DNA of 62,939 nt, filler included, from Basidiobolus ranarum (GCA_040143965.1; 20 parts of 20 records of this genome joined end to end with filler, not necessarily neighbours in it); one strand, 5' to 3'. Positions 25,294 through 38,700 are shown, counted from the first letter of the whole stretch. Notes: generated by a model not told the origin, from the letters alone. Numbers and translations are program-made.

Positions 25294-27596
25294 TCCAAAA
25301 CTCGAAGAGCATGGGTGGGTTGGGCGAATACTCGCTTAGAGCCTCTCTTTACCTGATTAGAGGAGTCGGCCAATGAGCGAAGAGTGACTCTACCAACTTG
25401 AACCCCTTCGTCGGTAACATTCATGGAAGGAACATAGGAAGAGGCGTACAAGTGAACACGTTCTTTAGGTAAACCAAGGGCACCACCGACCTTCTCTAAA
25501 ACAGTTACCCAACCTTCATAACTAGAGATCATGCTACAAAAGCAATCCACCGCTTCACTGAAAATGTCTTCTCTGGTTTTATCATCTACTGGCAACTCGT
25601 CCTCGGAGAATAGTTGGTGCTTGGAAGTATTGAACAGAGCCTCAATACGGGTGCACCATTTCATCAGATCTCTTGCTGAGATGAATCGACTCATGGTCGA
25701 TATAGTGATTGATGAGTATTGACGATCTTGAAAGATATCGGTAATTGTGGTAAACACCCGGATAATAACCGACGAAATTGATCGCAATCTAGGATATCTT
25801 TTCTCTATGACATCCTTCAACTCATTCATATCCAAAGGTTTGACCTCAACACGAGTCCATAAACTATTGGCCATCACGCTATTTCCAATAGAGCTGCGCA
25901 CTGCAGTACCGTTTGGCATTAAACTTCTGGTGGCAAACAATTGGAATCCATCCTTGGCGGCGAATCTCTCACCTCTACTGGGAATAAACAACTCGCGAGT
26001 TTCCAGGAGAGGGATCAAAACCGAGGTGACCTCCATAGGGGCAAGGTCTATATCTTCGATCAATACCCAGCGACCCTCTTTAACTGCGGTAGTCAAGACA
26101 CCAGGCTGCCACTTGAAAGAACCAGGTGTAGATGTCGAAACATAAGTACCCAATAAGACCTTGGAATCGGTTTGATCGCCCAAGTGGATCTTGACAATAT
26201 CCTTTTTACCAAGGAGGTGGGAAACCTCCTCAACAAGTGCAGTCTTTCCCGAACCAGTAACACCCTCCAACAATACTGGAGCACCAAGAGAAAGGGCTAA
26301 TCCAATAGCACGAAGATTCTTTATTGTGGTTGAGGTCAGTACCAAGTTATTTTCAATGGAACTAGCTTCAGATTGGCCATTGTGTGGAAGTAAAACACCA
26401 CAAAGATTGACAGTTGATGAAGAGAGATCCTCAGATCTGAGGGTGGCCGTAGTAGTCGAGGGTATCGGGTTACTCGCCTCGAGAATCATCTTGAGCTTCT
26501 CATTAGACAGATGCTCTTGCTCGGTCATACTAGAAACATAGACTTGGTTAACATGGGCGCTGGGTGAACGTCAAATGCTGGAGCTACTTACTTCAAGAGA
26601 GAAAGCTTCTCATCCCCAGGTTGGTAGATATCACCAACAAGAGACTGGATTGAATCATGGGTCTCTCGATCTGACATCTCCAACAACAGAGATAAACATA
26701 AAACAACATAATAACGGATCTCTTGATCTGAGTAGTTAATAAGCTGGAATAATGGGGTCCAGTTGAATAAGCCCGCGAATGAACGGACCGAAGATCTGAG
26801 TAGACGATAAGCAGAAACCAATAGAGCGGAAAGGTACTTTGTGAAAATAGGGTCCTAAAAGCGTATCTTGTAAACAAAAAGTGGCGCTAGAATGATCGCT
26901 TATATGTAAACGTACCTCCTCTGACATTTGCTTGGCAGAGTATAATGTATTGACGCGTTCAAAAAGAGAAGGTTGCTGCTGAAAAAATCGGATAGCAGAG
27001 CTAGTATATAGGTTCCTGATGTTAGCAATCATGTTATACTTCTTAGGATATATCTTCTCAGTGTGTATGCTAGAATGTACCTTTTCAATTGAGGTGCAAT
27101 GGGCAATAGCTTTGCATAAGCCATAGCTACCACCTCTACTTGGGTGAAGTTACTCAAGTCGTTTGATATTTGAGGGTAAGAGGATAGGATTTCTGAGTTT
27201 TTAAAAACAGGCGAAGAGTTAGTTTCGAAAACAAATTTACTACAAAGAGTATGAAGCACCTGATCTGTTCCAACGAGCAGATAAATCTATCAATAGCGGG
27301 CGGAAAAGATGTGCGATAGTAAAGGTTAACTCGGGAGAGACTAATAACTCTGCCAAGATATTCAGAACGTCTCCCTTCAAATTTTCGTCTTGGTGAAGTC
27401 TATATTTATCTAACACATGACGTTGTCTATTCGTGAGAAGTTGAATGGAAGAGGTAGAATCAAATTGAGAGATACGGTCGAAAAAGCTTGAAATGGCAGT
27501 GGAGAGGTCAAAACGTAAAGGGTCGAATGGTTGTGATTGTTGAATGAGTGAGGCAGCATTCTCTACTTCAACATTGTCTGGGCATGCGGTCGTCAT
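25294..27596 (-). CDS. MDN1: Midasin AAA-ATPase, N-terminal multi-exon part, 3'-truncated
   Basis: 'LFRPLLIDLSARW', Walker A 'GVTGSGKT', 'IHLGDQTDSKVLLGTY', 'FKWQPGVLT.AV.EGRWVLIEDID.AP', 'SARDLMKWC.R'. Confidence 0.95.
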
Positions 27597-28141
27597 TACG
27601 GATATGAATATGATTGTATCTGGCTTGTATGTATTATATTGAACAAGAATAAAACAAAAACTCTGACTATTTGAAATAAAACAAGAAAATTGGACCTCTT
27701 TGCGTTCAGACGCGTTTTTCGAACGGTAAAGCTCTTTAGAGTAGACTTCTCTTTGCTTTGTATGATATTGCAGTCAAACGAAAAAAAAAGCTTTGAATTT
27801 TTTTTTCTAATCAAGTTTATAGTCATCAAAGTCACTTTAGTAGGCTAAATTTTGTGACGCTTTTTCAGTAGTATATGGATTTTTTTGTGATTTTTCCGAA
27901 AAAAAGAATATTTTCTAATCCAAGTCACTGCAATAAGGTCACTGCTAACAATTGGTCGCTTGGAATACACTCTGGAATACACTCAAATTGAACCATATAA
28001 CTTGATGAAGATCAAGAATAGCCCAGATCAACATAGTAACTGAGTAAGACATGTATAATTAGATGCGGGCTTTATTTCAAGTTATAATATAAAGATTTGC
28101 ATGGATCTGCTGTGCTGTGCTGTTAGACTACACCATTAACC

Positions 28142-28348
28142 CTATTGCTCAGTCTTTCTTCTGGGAGCACGACGACCACGGTTAGCACCAGGAACGAAGG
28201 CTTGAGCAGGGGCAGCAACAGTGACACCGGGAAGGTTCTCCATGTTAAGAGCCTTGAGAAGCTCCTTAGTTTCAGGATCAACTTCAATGTTGGAGGTGTC
28301 CAAAGCAGAGAATTCAGGAACGTAGTTATCCTTGCGTTCTCTCTCTTC
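28142..28348 (-). CDS. RPS17: 40S ribosomal protein S17, C-terminal part
   Basis: Minus strand reads [42 protein letters not shown]...KTEQ*. Not in the ORF track. Confidence 0.95.
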   Translation of the reverse strand, partial: EERERKDNYVPEFSALDTSNIEVDPETKELLKALNMENLPGVTVAAPAQAFVPGANRGRRAPRRKTEQ

Positions 28349-28448
28349 NNNNNNNNNNNNNNNNNNNNNNNNNNNNNNNNNNNNNNNNNNNNTTAATTAA
28401 TTAANNNNNNNNNNNNNNNNNNNNNNNNNNNNNNNNNNNNNNNNNNNN

Positions 28449-29583
28449 GAACAGGCTCCGTAGCGCGACGGGGAACAACCTGTGAGGCCGATGGGTTTAG
28501 TCTCATAGACTCTTTCATTACCGCAGTAATGAAGGGAAGAGAGTTTTGTTGTTGTTCAAAAGTGGGATACAGATTCTTGGGTTGATCCCCCAGTAATCTG
28601 TTTGCCTCTTCTCGGGCCTGGTGCTGATATTCCGGGTGAATACTCAAGTAATAAATAGCAGACGATAGAGCATTGGCTGTAGTGTCATGACCAGCAACAA
28701 AAAAAGTGATAACATCGTTGCGAATCTCTTCTGGAGTTAATTTTTCCTTCTCCATCTCACCAGCTTGTATCATGAGCGTCACTAAATCAGCACTTTGAAG
28801 GTCCGTAACCTTTCCTTCCCGTAACTTTTCCACCTTACTTTGTATAACACTCATAATGAACTGATGGAATTTTGCAAGCTCAGTTTGATATCCACGACGA
28901 CCAACTAGAGGGGCATTCTCCAAGAATGGAAACATTGAATAAAATGGGTTGCCTATTTCAGTAAGGATAGTGTTGTAGAGTTCTACAATCTCTCCACCTT
29001 GCGTTTCGATGGAATTGAAATCATAATCAAAGATTACTTTTCCAAGGGCATCCAAGGTCATTCGCTGCATAAGTTCCTTAACAGGAACATGTGTACACTT
29101 CTTGTCGATTTCAGTAATCAACTTGGACACAAGCTCGCCAAAGGTAGTTGTAGTCCAGGAACGATGAAATGCTGGGTTAGCGATGCGGCGGTGTTTCCTC
29201 CACTCATCACCATTGGATGATACAATATTGACAGTAGAGAACTTTGCCCGTAGCGTATTAGGTTGCTCTTGACTTAATATGATTTTTGGGAAGATATCAG
29301 CCTTCATTAAAATGGTTTTTGCATAGTCTGGATTGGAAACCATCACCATCCATCTTCCAAGTACAAATTGTCTAGCCACTCCCTTTTCAGTTATCACTGG
29401 TACGACAAGTTTATCGAAGCGTTCCGCGGCATCCATGGCTTTGCCTGATGACCATAAGCTTTGCCAAAGGGACACGGCAGGGATGTGTTCAAGGTCTTTG
29501 GGACATTTAACTTTTTCATAGAAATACCGCGATATACCCACAATAGATGCGCAAACAAATATCGGAATTGACAATAAATCCAT
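28449..29583 (-). CDS. Cytochrome P450, 3'-truncated, intronless
   Basis: N-terminal anchor, 'WRKHRRIANPAF' (C-helix), 'FFVAGHDTT' (I-helix), 'KESMR' (ExxR). Confidence 0.95.
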
Positions 29584-30506
29584 AATTGTTGGTGGAGGTT
29601 AATACAGATAGAATATGATTTGGACTAGTGGTAAATTGGAGCCTTATATACATGAATTAGGATCCGTCATCTGGCTGTGGGCTAACTCTACATGTGTTCT
29701 CTGCTAATACACGCGGAGTTTCCTGTAGCGTATCAACTGCAGCTTGGGATAAACGGAGACTATCTGCCGAAAATCCGTAATTGTAGTACTTTTTAACTCT
29801 ATTACTATCAGTGCTTTCAGGTGTTCTTCAGGCGAATCATAACCTTTTTCTTGATAATTTCACTGATGTTAAAGGTTAGTAAATTGTATTCGACTTCCAT
29901 GTTGCTTGCTATTCACTGACGGATAGGGAGGCATTCAGTGTTGACCCAATCACACAGAGACACACTATTTTTAGTAACTTTGGTTTCTAATCCATCACAC
30001 GTCTTTCTACCAGGACCTGCGCGATGACAGTATAATGGCCACTGCTAGGTCTTAAATCTGCATCGCCTGGTTGAATATAAAATCGAAATCCCGAGACTGA
30101 AGAGAGAGATATGGATATAAAAGTAAACAGTGTCGCATGTTCCATGAAAGTTAAAGCATGGTACTTTGGACCTCTATATGGGCAAATTTATTCAGGGGTT
30201 CCCTTACATCCTTGAAGGGCTATGCCAAAGTTTCATTGTGGCCTGTGATGCATTGTTGGCATTTCTCACTACGCTCATTTGGATTTAGACCAGGCGGACA
30301 CTGGCAACTTTATGTAGTACATATGTAAAATGAGAAACCCCCTCACAACTGATCATAATGTATTTGCATTTTCAAAGAAGTTCTGTATGCTAAGCCCATC
30401 CTCTCACCACATCGGCAGTCATTATATACTCTGCAGAACCTTCAGAACTCATGGAGAACACCAAGTAATATGGATATAGTGTATATTTTTCTTTTAATGT
30501 CTTTAT

Positions 30507-30834
30507 TGTTGAAATATTTTGGGAGTTGTAGGTAGTGGTTTGGAGAGCTAGAAAAAATTAATGGTTTTCACTTCTTACTTTAATGAGTGGAAAGTTGATA
30601 TTTATAGTTTTGTCAGAATGTAAACAAACAAGCGTGTAGAGTGTTAAGAAAGGTCCCGGGAACATGTGTGCAAAGTTTGGGGCCTCTAGGACACATTTTC
30701 AAAATGTATATATCCTCCAACTTCTAAGTAAATTCCTCTCGAAAATAGTAGGAGATATCTTGGTTCAATAGGGAAAAGCTAAATACTAAGCTATATAAGG
30801 CTATATAGATGTTTAGGCTATGCTAATTTCAACA
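30507..30834 (-). mobile_element. Solo LTR family B
   Basis: TGTTGAA...TTTCAACA full length. No PBS or PPT adjacent and no clear TSD. Confidence 0.85.
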
Positions 30835-30977
30835 GACTTTACCAGCCTTTGAATTATTGGACAGCATAAATATGTTATCAATAACACAAAGTATATCAAT
30901 TAACACATCAACAAATTTTGCAATAAAAGTATTCAAGTCAATCTTTTTATATGCAATAGCAATGGAGAGGTTGTTAA

Positions 30978-31501
30978 TGTTGAAATTAGCTTTGCCTAAA
31001 CACCTATATAGTCATATATAGCTTAGTACTTAGATATTTTATAACTCACTAAGATATTATCCATTATTCTCAATTGTAATTTACTTAGAATATTTTTACC
31101 AACTTAGAAGTTCTCAGATATATAGATTTTTCAAAGAAGCCCCAAGCTTTGCACACATGTTCCTGGGACCTTCCGTAACACACTCTACATGTTAGTTTGT
31201 TTACATCTTGACAAAACTATAAATGTCAACTTTCTACTCAATAAATCAATAAGTGAAAACCACCAATTCCTCTAATTCTTCAAACCACTTCCAGCAGGCT
31301 CCCAAATACTTTAACAGGTTATGAGCCCCAAGCTTGCACTTTCTGTAATGTCTACTTCTCAGATCAATGGAACTTTTCCCTCTTCTGAATAATTGGATGG
31401 AACCAATTATCAAGTTTGGAAAATTAAAATGAAAATGCTGCTGCAAGAAAAAGGACTTTGGGACACTGTTGTAGGAGAAGAAAACAATGCAAAACTATCT
31501 G
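30978..31501 (+). mobile_element. Copia family B 5' LTR (30978-31316), half-tRNA PBS GGTTATGAGCCC (31317-31328) and gag start
   Basis: TG...CA LTR; gag 'MSTSQINGTFPSSE*LDGTNYQVWKIKMKMLLQEKGLWDTV'. Confidence 0.9.
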
Positions 31502-31601
31502 NNNNNNNNNNNNNNNNNNNNNNNNNNNNNNNNNNNNNNNNNNNNTTAATTAATTAANNNNNNNNNNNNNNNNNNNNNNNNNNNNNNNNNNNNNNNNNNN
31601 N

Positions 31602-32153
31602 TCCATTGTCTGCTACAAACACGTGATGTGGTGCAACGTGGTTGAATTATGCAGCGATGGTTCCTTTTAGTTTATCTGAGCTGGTATGAGCAACAATAAG
31701 AAACAGGTGTCGCTGAGAAGCAGGCTCTGTTTCAGGAGCTGGAAGAGGCTTCCACCGAGAAAGAACGCCAAATGCAAGATTCAGTACTAGTCCGAAGCTC
31801 AGAAATGTGTAAATATACAAGAACAGGTATACTTCCACCTGAAAGTTTTTGTAAGTCCGCCAATAATCACAAAAGCTCCACACGAACTGGAAAAATGCTT
31901 TGGGTGCGTGATTCTGAAACCCACCATCGGCCGCGTACTTTCCAATGAAAGCCGCTGGAATACCAACTCCCAAGATGAACGACAAGAAGATAGTGATAGG
32001 CCGTGATTTATGGGCATATCCATCTCGAAAGAAGCGTAACCCGAAGATATAGTTTCCTAGCGGTGCGACAATGCCACCATATAAGCCACCAAGAGTTAGT
32101 ACGCACAGCGCAAAGGCTACAAAGAAAGCGTGCCATTGTAGCATCCACTCCAT
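31602..32153 (-). pseudogene. GT2-family glycosyltransferase N-terminal part with an in-frame stop
   Basis: Three TM helices, then 'HLFLIVAHTSSDKLKGTIAA*FNHVAPHHVFVADNG'. The frame continues past TAA (31647-31649) into a GT-A-type DNG motif. Confidence 0.6.
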
Positions 32154-34277
32154 ATTGAAAAATCGCGTAGTGATAATGTAAGTCTACCCTGAAAACATGG
32201 TTTTCTTTTATACATTTGAATCCATCATAGCTTAGTAATATTTTCATTCCAAATCACTATCCTCAACAAATGGAATAGCACACATCGGAACTAATACAGT
32301 CCCTCTCTTACATTAGATAGTTAAAGTTTCCAAATACAGGTCAGCCCAGATAAGAGAATTAAACCGAGATTGGGAATTCAAAAGTAAAAGAAGCAATCTA
32401 TAAGAGACATGTCCGAGTTAAACTTCATTTTTCAGCGATGATTATTGGTGAATTTGGAAACAAGTTTTATTCCCCACCAATTCCTAAGCTGTACAAATTT
32501 CTGCGCCCATCTGGGATATACAATTCTCTGTCAGATTCTTATTATAGCATATTGCTACGGCCCATCAAACAATAAATCACTAGGATGAAAAGCAAAGGCC
32601 AGCTATGCTGAAATTACATCGCTAGTTAATTTTCACGCCTCCATCGGAGTGTCGGATTGATACCGATTGCTTTCCATATAAGGCTACTTAATCTTGAATC
32701 AATATCATTATGTGATCGGATCTGGCAAATTTCTCAAATCATTTCCAAGTCGCTCAACAAGGAAGCGGAGGGATATAACTACTCCGAAAGCCCCAATGTA
32801 CACTAGATTACTTTCTTTGATTTATTGTGGTGCTACTTGGGAAGTACTCCTTGAGACCTACAAAACCACACCACTGGATACTTTCCAAGTACAATGCTTT
32901 AACTTACTAAACGATGGCATCCTACAACATATCAGTGAGGATTTGGATGAATTGTGCAATACACAGAATGACCTTTCTGAAAAGAAAACACTTGAGCAAA
33001 ATGGGTTTCATTAGGTATCATGCTGGTAAACGGAGTCATTCCTCTGGTAAAGTCATCAAAACTGTTGATAGCCTGATTTATGTTAGTAGCGACCATCAAT
33101 CGCTCAACATCAAAAGAAAGTTGGTAGAAGCCTTAGTTGTAAAGCAAGTGACATCGGAGGGAATACCAGATTCTGAGACATTTCGACAGATCAGGCAATG
33201 TTGTGAGCTGCATGCCTTTTCCGGGAGGGCTGATAATTACCAACCTGTGATAGGAAGCAGTTTCTTTTTCTTGCCCAAAATTTGCTTATGAAAGCAATGT
33301 CAGAAATCAATGTTTCAACCAAAAGTAGTAACACGGGAAAGAGTCAAGCGATTCGAATGAGGATAGTAATTCTAATCATGTGTTTTCCAATCTGGAAGCC
33401 ACTAACTTGATATAGTAAACCGATTCAATAACCCTAACCCTGGAAGGCTACTTTGATTTCATTACTATTATTCAGCTGCTATTAGTGAGAAATATCCAAG
33501 CACTGCTACCTAAAATTAGGGATATATCAAAGAAGATTTTACTCAAGTGGCTACCTCTCATTAAGCTAGAGTGTGATTATAAGGATCCGAAAGGGATTTT
33601 GGAAGCCACTCCTTATCTCACTATTCTCCACAAACAAACGGAGAAGAATGTTAGTCTTTTTTCCGTATTTCATTATGATATAAAACACATCTGGATCACG
33701 CGCATAACACAACGTAACAAATTAAGACTAGGTTGGGTGTAACCTTATGACTTGTTTTATCTGGTGTGATACATTTAGGGTGGATCGTCTTATATATTGA
33801 TTAAGCAATTTGTTTTTTTTATAGTTCGATCACTTTCCTATTATTATATTGAAGTTCCGATCCAATCGGCGATGTAAGCCCCACAACTTGTAATTAGTTA
33901 AGCATAATTTCGACCCAATCATGTGATTTCACACGAAGTTCAGTATAGTCTGTCGGATGATCGTTACTCATATCATTGTAACCACCCCAATTGGACCTTT
34001 GAACTACAGTTAACGTTCAATCAAATAACTTGAAAATAATCATAATGAGGGTAAATCGGAGATTACCTCCCTGCAAGCAGCTGGGGACACCATGTTTACC
34101 ATTATTGGGGAAATATTATGGAACATTAACGGAACAGCCTTAGGACCATAATACTGTCAGTTGCATCAAAATCAATTCTGAATACTGTAGTACTAGTCCA
34201 ATTTCGAATCTCAAGGCATTCATAAAGTAGTCATTATCTTGATAGTTAGAACAATGAAGGCTAGGAATGTTTACCAC

Positions 34278-34652
34278 TTAGGTTTAGGGGGGATGAAAAG
34301 CACCATATGGTGAGGACTTTATTTAGCTTAAAAACTAATCTAAGCAAAGCGACAATCAAGACATCAATCTTTTAAGATATTATGACAATACTGGATCATA
34401 TCCATACTTAACTTGAAGACCAATGTTATCAAGTTCAGAGGATGTAAATATAGTGTCAAGAGGCAGAGGTGGTATGCAGAAAGGAAGGTACTCAGTACAA
34501 ACTAGATGGACAATAGGACAAAAACCTAGGGTTAGGGTTAGGGGGGATGAAAAGCACCAGATGGTGTGGACTTTATTTAGCTTAAATACTAATCTAAACA
34601 AAGTGACAATCAAGATATCAATCTTTTAAGATATTGTGACAATACTGGATCA
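34278..34652. repeat. Direct repeat with ~254-bp period, headed by TTAGGG-like units
   Basis: GGGGGGATGAAAAGCACCA...GACAATACTGGATCA at about 34287-34398 and 34541-34652. Confidence 0.8.
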
Positions 34653-34752
34653 NNNNNNNNNNNNNNNNNNNNNNNNNNNNNNNNNNNNNNNNNNNNTTAA
34701 TTAATTAANNNNNNNNNNNNNNNNNNNNNNNNNNNNNNNNNNNNNNNNNNNN

Positions 34753-37700
34753 TATTATAGCAACCAATGACTTGAAGACTTTGGAGAAAACCAAATCCAG
34801 CTTATCTGCCAAATCTACAATGACTGATCTTTGTGAACTGACATACTTTATTGGAGTCTAAATTTAGATAGATGGAACTACCAAAACAATAACTTTAAAC
34901 CAGTCTAAGTATATCCTAGATATACTAAAGAAGTTTGAAATGGAAGAATGTAATCCAAAATTTATCCCAATGGAGACAAATCTGAACTTGACCAAAAATG
35001 GCTCAAATCATAAGTGATCCAAATATAGTTGTTTTGTGCTCTGAACTTTTAATTTATTGCCAAGTTGAATCAGTGTGTAGACTGTATATGTGGAAGACAT
35101 CTTGGAGAGCTGCATTCAAGATCTCAAATGACTAAGTAAGATTGGAATTGTGTGTTATTTTATTTAAATTACTAGCAACCTATAAAGTGTCTCACTGGGT
35201 GGTAAGAAGTATTTATAACTAATTTGATGACAGTGCACCAAGCACTTAGGTAAACTTTCTCAAATCAAATTCATAAGCCTTAGCTATACTTACAACTACC
35301 AAGTAATAGAGCAGAGAGAATCTGCACAGAAAATGAGATACCAAGGAGTGACAATGCTGGAGAATACAGCTCTAAAATTTTGTTAGTTTTACTCTGGACC
35401 TGGAACTAGCAACAAAATATTATATCTTGCACTCTACTTCAGAGGGTTTGCCAAGATTGTAGCAGAAAGAGAGAGCTTGAGTAGCAAGAGACTGAAATTC
35501 ATATTACTTTCCACTACAAAATGTACATTCCATTACTCAATATCTATATATTTATCACTAACAAGGAAGTAGAAGTATTAGACAAGATTTGATGGTAGCA
35601 AACCTGCCTATAAAACATGGTTGAAAATTTTTGTAACTCAAAGAATTTTACAGAAAATAGTCAACAATAATAAAGTGTTGTAGTTGATATACAAATCAAC
35701 AGACAATAAACACATGTTTCATAATGCTAGAATTGATTGCTGAGTCATTGGAATATGAATAAACAGACTACTAAATGATCAGTTGCTGGTTAGCTAATTT
35801 CTGTATTTCTAACTAGCCTATAATCTGGCTTTTCTATGAACATATTACTAGTGCATTTTGGGCATACGCAACCAATTTTCAAGTTGTTGGCAATTATATC
35901 TCTAGTAGGACAATAAGCAAGTTCAACTATATCATTGTCAATTGCTTCTCCAGCAAAATGATGCCTGACTTTTATGTACTTTAATTTGGCAACAAATGAA
36001 GGGTGTTTGGCCTTGGTACTACAACTGTGATATCTTAAAATATTGTACTAGTATGCTTTGGCATGTATTAAAAGTCAGTGAATGAGTTTCTTAACCTTCT
36101 AACAACCCATATAGCAGAGTGGCAGCTATATATATGCTGCTTCTGTGGTGGAAAATGCTACAATGGGTTGCTTCTTGCTATTACAAGTTATGGCTCCATT
36201 ACTAATGAAAAGTATGCTTGTAGTTGTTGATCCTCTATGGACAGGCTACCTAACCAGCTGCATTGCTATAGCATTCATAACTTTGTCACCAAGAGGTCCA
36301 CAGTGTTCCATACCAGCTTTATAGTTCCTCTCACATGTTAGAATATATATCTTCCTGCTCTTTTTTTCCAAGATCTAGGATGTTTGAGGTAGTTACTGCT
36401 GAAGGCTTGCTATGCTCCATGATGAAGCACTTCAATATGTCTAGGATGTACCAATACTCATTCAGCTAAATGTTCTAAATGGTTTTGTCTCTATTTGTTT
36501 GAATTTAAAGAAAAAAACTTATTTCACCTTGATCAGTCATCTCACATCAGTTTGACAAGTTGAATTTGGCCTGACTGACTGGTTCTAGATCAATTTGTAG
36601 TAATTGCTAGTGAATCAACATAAAGTGTAAAGATAAAGATCCTTATTTTAGTTCTTCTGAATCAATGACTATGATATATATTCCTCATTTTTGGAATTCA
36701 AGTTATTCTAAACCGGTATTTATCTTGTTGTGCCTTGCCCTGGGTGATTGCTTGAGTCTATCCTGCAACTTTTGCATTTTATACCATAGCACAGTATTCT
36801 GTATCAATAAATCTTTCTTGTTCCGCCTTAAAGAAGTCTTCTAGAAGATTCCATTCAGAATGGTTATTTTAACATCCTTTTGATACAGTTTAACATTGTG
36901 GTTGGTAGAGTTTACCTGAACTGATCTGATGGAGCTCAAAGTACCTACTGGAGCAAATTTCTTCTAAAATTAACTCTTGTAGTCTTTAAGTAACTATTTG
37001 CAACTAATCTTGGCTCTCAACTTTTTTTGCCTCAATAGTTTTGTTTTGACTTGAATGATCAAGTTGCAACTTCTTGGCTCTTGTCCTGATTGTAGGGGAC
37101 TGAAAACAAATATCTAGTTGATCTTGAGTGAACAAAGATCATCAGACCTTGATGTGGCTCACAGTTTGATCCTGGCAACCCTGCTGATTATTGTAGATTC
37201 TATGGCTTGTCACAAAGGGTCATGAGCATTAAAATCATGAGTGAAAGTATTCCAGAAGTGCCTTGGCTTATTTATCCTACTACCTGGCTTGATCTGTTTG
37301 GCATTATTGGCTAAGTTGAGTTCATATGCAGCTGGAGTTTTGTGGAACACTTCCTTGATTTTGCTCATGGTATATTCTGGACACACCTGTAGCTTGAAGT
37401 GAATATGTTACTTTTTTATCCAAAATCACATCTTGCCATTTAACAAACTTCTGATTATGATTATCAAACAGGTTGCAGGCCTTAAATCCATCTCAGTAGC
37501 CAATACAACAGTCCTAATAGCACACTCTGCAACTACATCTTGCTCTGGAGTATGAGATTGGTGATAGTACATCAATCCATGCCAATCACCATATTTAGTC
37601 CTTGACATGTTGTATAGCTTACTGATTGCAGACTTTTAAGAATGTTGGGTACTTACCTAACTTCATTCAATCTTACTAATGATTTAGTTGAAAACTTGTC

Positions 37701-37799
37701 AAAACTAGGCATCACTGAGCCTATACAAACTGCTTCTGATGCTTAGATATCCATGTGTAGACTTAACTTGCTAAGCATCTTACTTATTTACCACAATCT
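34753..37799. mobile_element. Mosaic of highly decayed copia pol fragments on both strands
   Basis: Plus-strand RT 'MTDLCELTYFIGV..LNQSKYILDILKKFEMEECNP'; minus-strand RNase H 'SKKQPIVAFSTTEAAYIAAT' and integrase 'HTPEQDVVAECAIRT'. Confidence 0.75.
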
Positions 37800-38325
37800 N
37801 NNNNNNNNNNNNNNNNNNNNNNNNNNNNNNNNNNNNNNNNNNNTTAATTAATTAANNNNNNNNNNNNNNNNNNNNNNNNNNNNNNNNNNNNNNNNNNNNA
37901 ATATATCAAAGAGACTAGGGATTTCGAAGGTGACAAATTAGCGTTCAAGTGGTAATTGTGTAAAATTTGAGTTACGTTTTTCGCACATGTGTTGATCCAT
38001 AGTTTTCTGAGATTTTAGCCAATCATTCGCAACTATTTTGCGAGATCTTGAAATTTCACTCCTGAAACTGAAAAAATTGATTAAAATCAAATCTAACTTG
38101 ACGATTTTATGACGGTAAGTAAACGGTCAATCCCAAATGGATTAAAATTGTGACGGTTTTCCTACAATAACAATCCTCAAATTTCTGTTAGGGTGTGTAG
38201 GCTTAATGGTTCAGCACATATTCTGCTCTGCTAAATTGTCATGGTGACATTCATATGTATGGTGTGGGATTGACTGAAATCAATGGAGGGAAGTCTACAG
38301 GCAAGTATGGGTAGTCTGATCAAAC

Positions 38326-38700
38326 TTTCACAATAAGGAACTGGACAAGGACTAGGAACAATGACATAAGGCTAGAAGGCAGGAGAGTACTTGGGTGTAG
38401 ACCACAAGACAAGACTGGACAAGGAAGATACTTTGGCAAGGATCTTTATTGATAACTGGCATTGATCAGACTGAGGTCTGATCAAGGAATACATGGGGCT
38501 TATATAGATATTGCAAGGTAAGACATAATATACTGAATAGGGAATATATTGTGGCAAGTTTGAGAGTTGGGGTGTTGGGAACTACAAGGACCAATACAAA
38601 GAGGGATGATGTAAGGATGACATAAGGATGATCAGGTGACCTTCCATGGAAGGTCTTGGTGGAAATATACTATGTGTGGGATGCCATGATTGGTTAGGTT
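38326..38700. repeat. Repeat family D, LTR-like (end approximate)
   Basis: TCACAATAAGGAACTGGACAAGGACT...GGCAGGAGAGTACTTGGGTGTAGACCACAAGACAAGAC shared with 43988-44089. Confidence 0.55.

Noticed and set aside
28145-28396. Plus-strand 83-aa ORF, and similar antisense ORFs over MDN1, VPS13 and the EamA gene
   Set aside because: Shadow frames of real genes on the opposite strand (here RPS17).
32694-33742. Overlapping 85-125 aa ORFs
   Set aside because: Possibly a decayed gene, but I cannot support a family assignment or gene structure.
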